Shown: piece by piece, positions 63,310 through 64,000 of the stretch | How the letters are laid out: each line of letters begins with the position of its first letter | Numbering within the stretch: position 1 is the stretch's first letter | Source of the DNA: Raillietiella orientalis | Lineage: Eukaryota | Assembly: GCA_036172245.1 (NCBI GenBank) | Contig: JAYWIR010000036.1 | Location: 372,001 to 436,000, forward strand | DNA length: 64,000 bases | Direction: 5' to 3' | The notes under the pieces: model-generated | Told to the model about the DNA's origin: nothing | The model's database searches: none | The model's input: only the letters and a program-made list of their open reading frames with translations | Program-made: the position numbers and the translations under genes

Positions 63310-63566
63310 ATTCTTTTGCTAATAAATTGCTTCCATTGTACACACTGCAACTGATATTTTCTGCTTTGCACTTCTGATACCGAATTGCTCCATTGATAAT
63401 AAAAAAAATACTTCCCTTTCTCTGAGAAATCTGTTATATTCAGTTTAATTACTGACTTTCGTTGTCTCTAGAATATTTTTCCCTTGATGGCTATTTTATA
63501 ATGAATTTGTCAGTAGTTTTTTTGGTTGCCACGCAACAAAACCCACTGGACTCTGAATTTTTTAGG

Positions 63567-63590
63567 CTGGATTTTGTGGTCAAACCACGG
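63567..63590. repeat. Possible remnant of a Rickettsiales palindromic element
   Basis: ctggattttgtggtcaaaccacgg resembles the CTGGATCCCGTGGTCAAGCCACGG palindrome type; short. Confidence 0.35.
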
Positions 63591-63610
63591 CTACTTATAA
63601 GTAATTTAAT

Positions 63611-63850
63611 ATGAAAAGGACCCAATACAATAATTTAGTTTCATCTTATGCTAGAGCTCTGTTTTATATCTCAGAAGATAAACGAGGTGCTACAAGAAAG
63701 GAAGTGGAATTTTGGTTGGTTTCTTTCAAAAATCAACTTGATATCCTTATATACCTATCTCATCCTTTTTTGGTTTCTCCTGTACCCAAAAAAGAAGCAA
63801 TACTCCCTATAAATGAAAACTGAAGTGAGAACTTAGTGGAATTTATTATG
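63611..63850 (+). pseudogene. atpH: Wolbachia-like F0F1 ATP synthase subunit delta, N-terminal fragment with an in-frame stop
   Basis: MKRTQYNNLVSSYARALF..RKEVEF..YLSHP..KKEAIL.INEN*SENLVEFIM; similarity continues past the TGA at 63821-63823 and then breaks off. Confidence 0.85.
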
Positions 63851-63907
63851 TTTGAAAAAGAGCTAAAAGACAATCAATAATAAGTGATTCTTATAGGGTA
63901 TTAACAA

Positions 63908-63939
63908 TAAAAACAGCCAAAGGCCTTTGGCTGTTTTTA
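63908..63939. terminator. Bidirectional rho-independent terminator-like palindrome
   Basis: Perfect 32-bp palindrome taaaaacagccaaaggcctttggctgttttta with A and T tails, between apparently convergent gene ends. Confidence 0.75.
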
Positions 63940-64000
63940 CTCTAGTTTACAAAATCAACAAAATATTTCCTAATTCAAGCAGCTTCATCATCTCTTTTCC

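Overview
Eukaryotic (invertebrate animal) nuclear DNA; the host cannot be named from the sequence. Two spliced genes can be rebuilt exon by exon on the + strand. The first is a secreted protein with two discoidin (F5/8 type C) domains and an F-type-lectin-like domain (4378-21995; 9 coding exons, about 508 aa, one GC-AG intron). The second is importin-13 (36189-39852; 14 exons, about 959 aa, mostly 41-53 nt introns, visibly CpG-poor). Much of the remaining sequence is transposon-derived. It is dominated by dense nested clusters (about 22.5-33 kb and 42.6-60.5 kb) of an L1/Tx1-like non-LTR retrotransposon group with a CCHC ORF1 and an APE-RT-zinc-finger ORF2, in at least three diverged subfamilies labelled here X, Y and Z. 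These elements mostly alternate in strand. They share a co-varying 3'-UTR stem-loop with a CUGCGU loop, end in AATAAA plus a terminal hairpin with no poly(A) tail, and twice form head-to-tail dimers. There is also a TA-flanked MITE and some low-confidence Gypsy and R4-like relics. The last ~950 bp is a decayed mosaic of Wolbachia-like DNA (virB2 and atpH fragments, a bacterial terminator) joined to what looks like a host LINE relic. All homology calls are by motif recognition; no searches were run, and relic boundaries are approximate.
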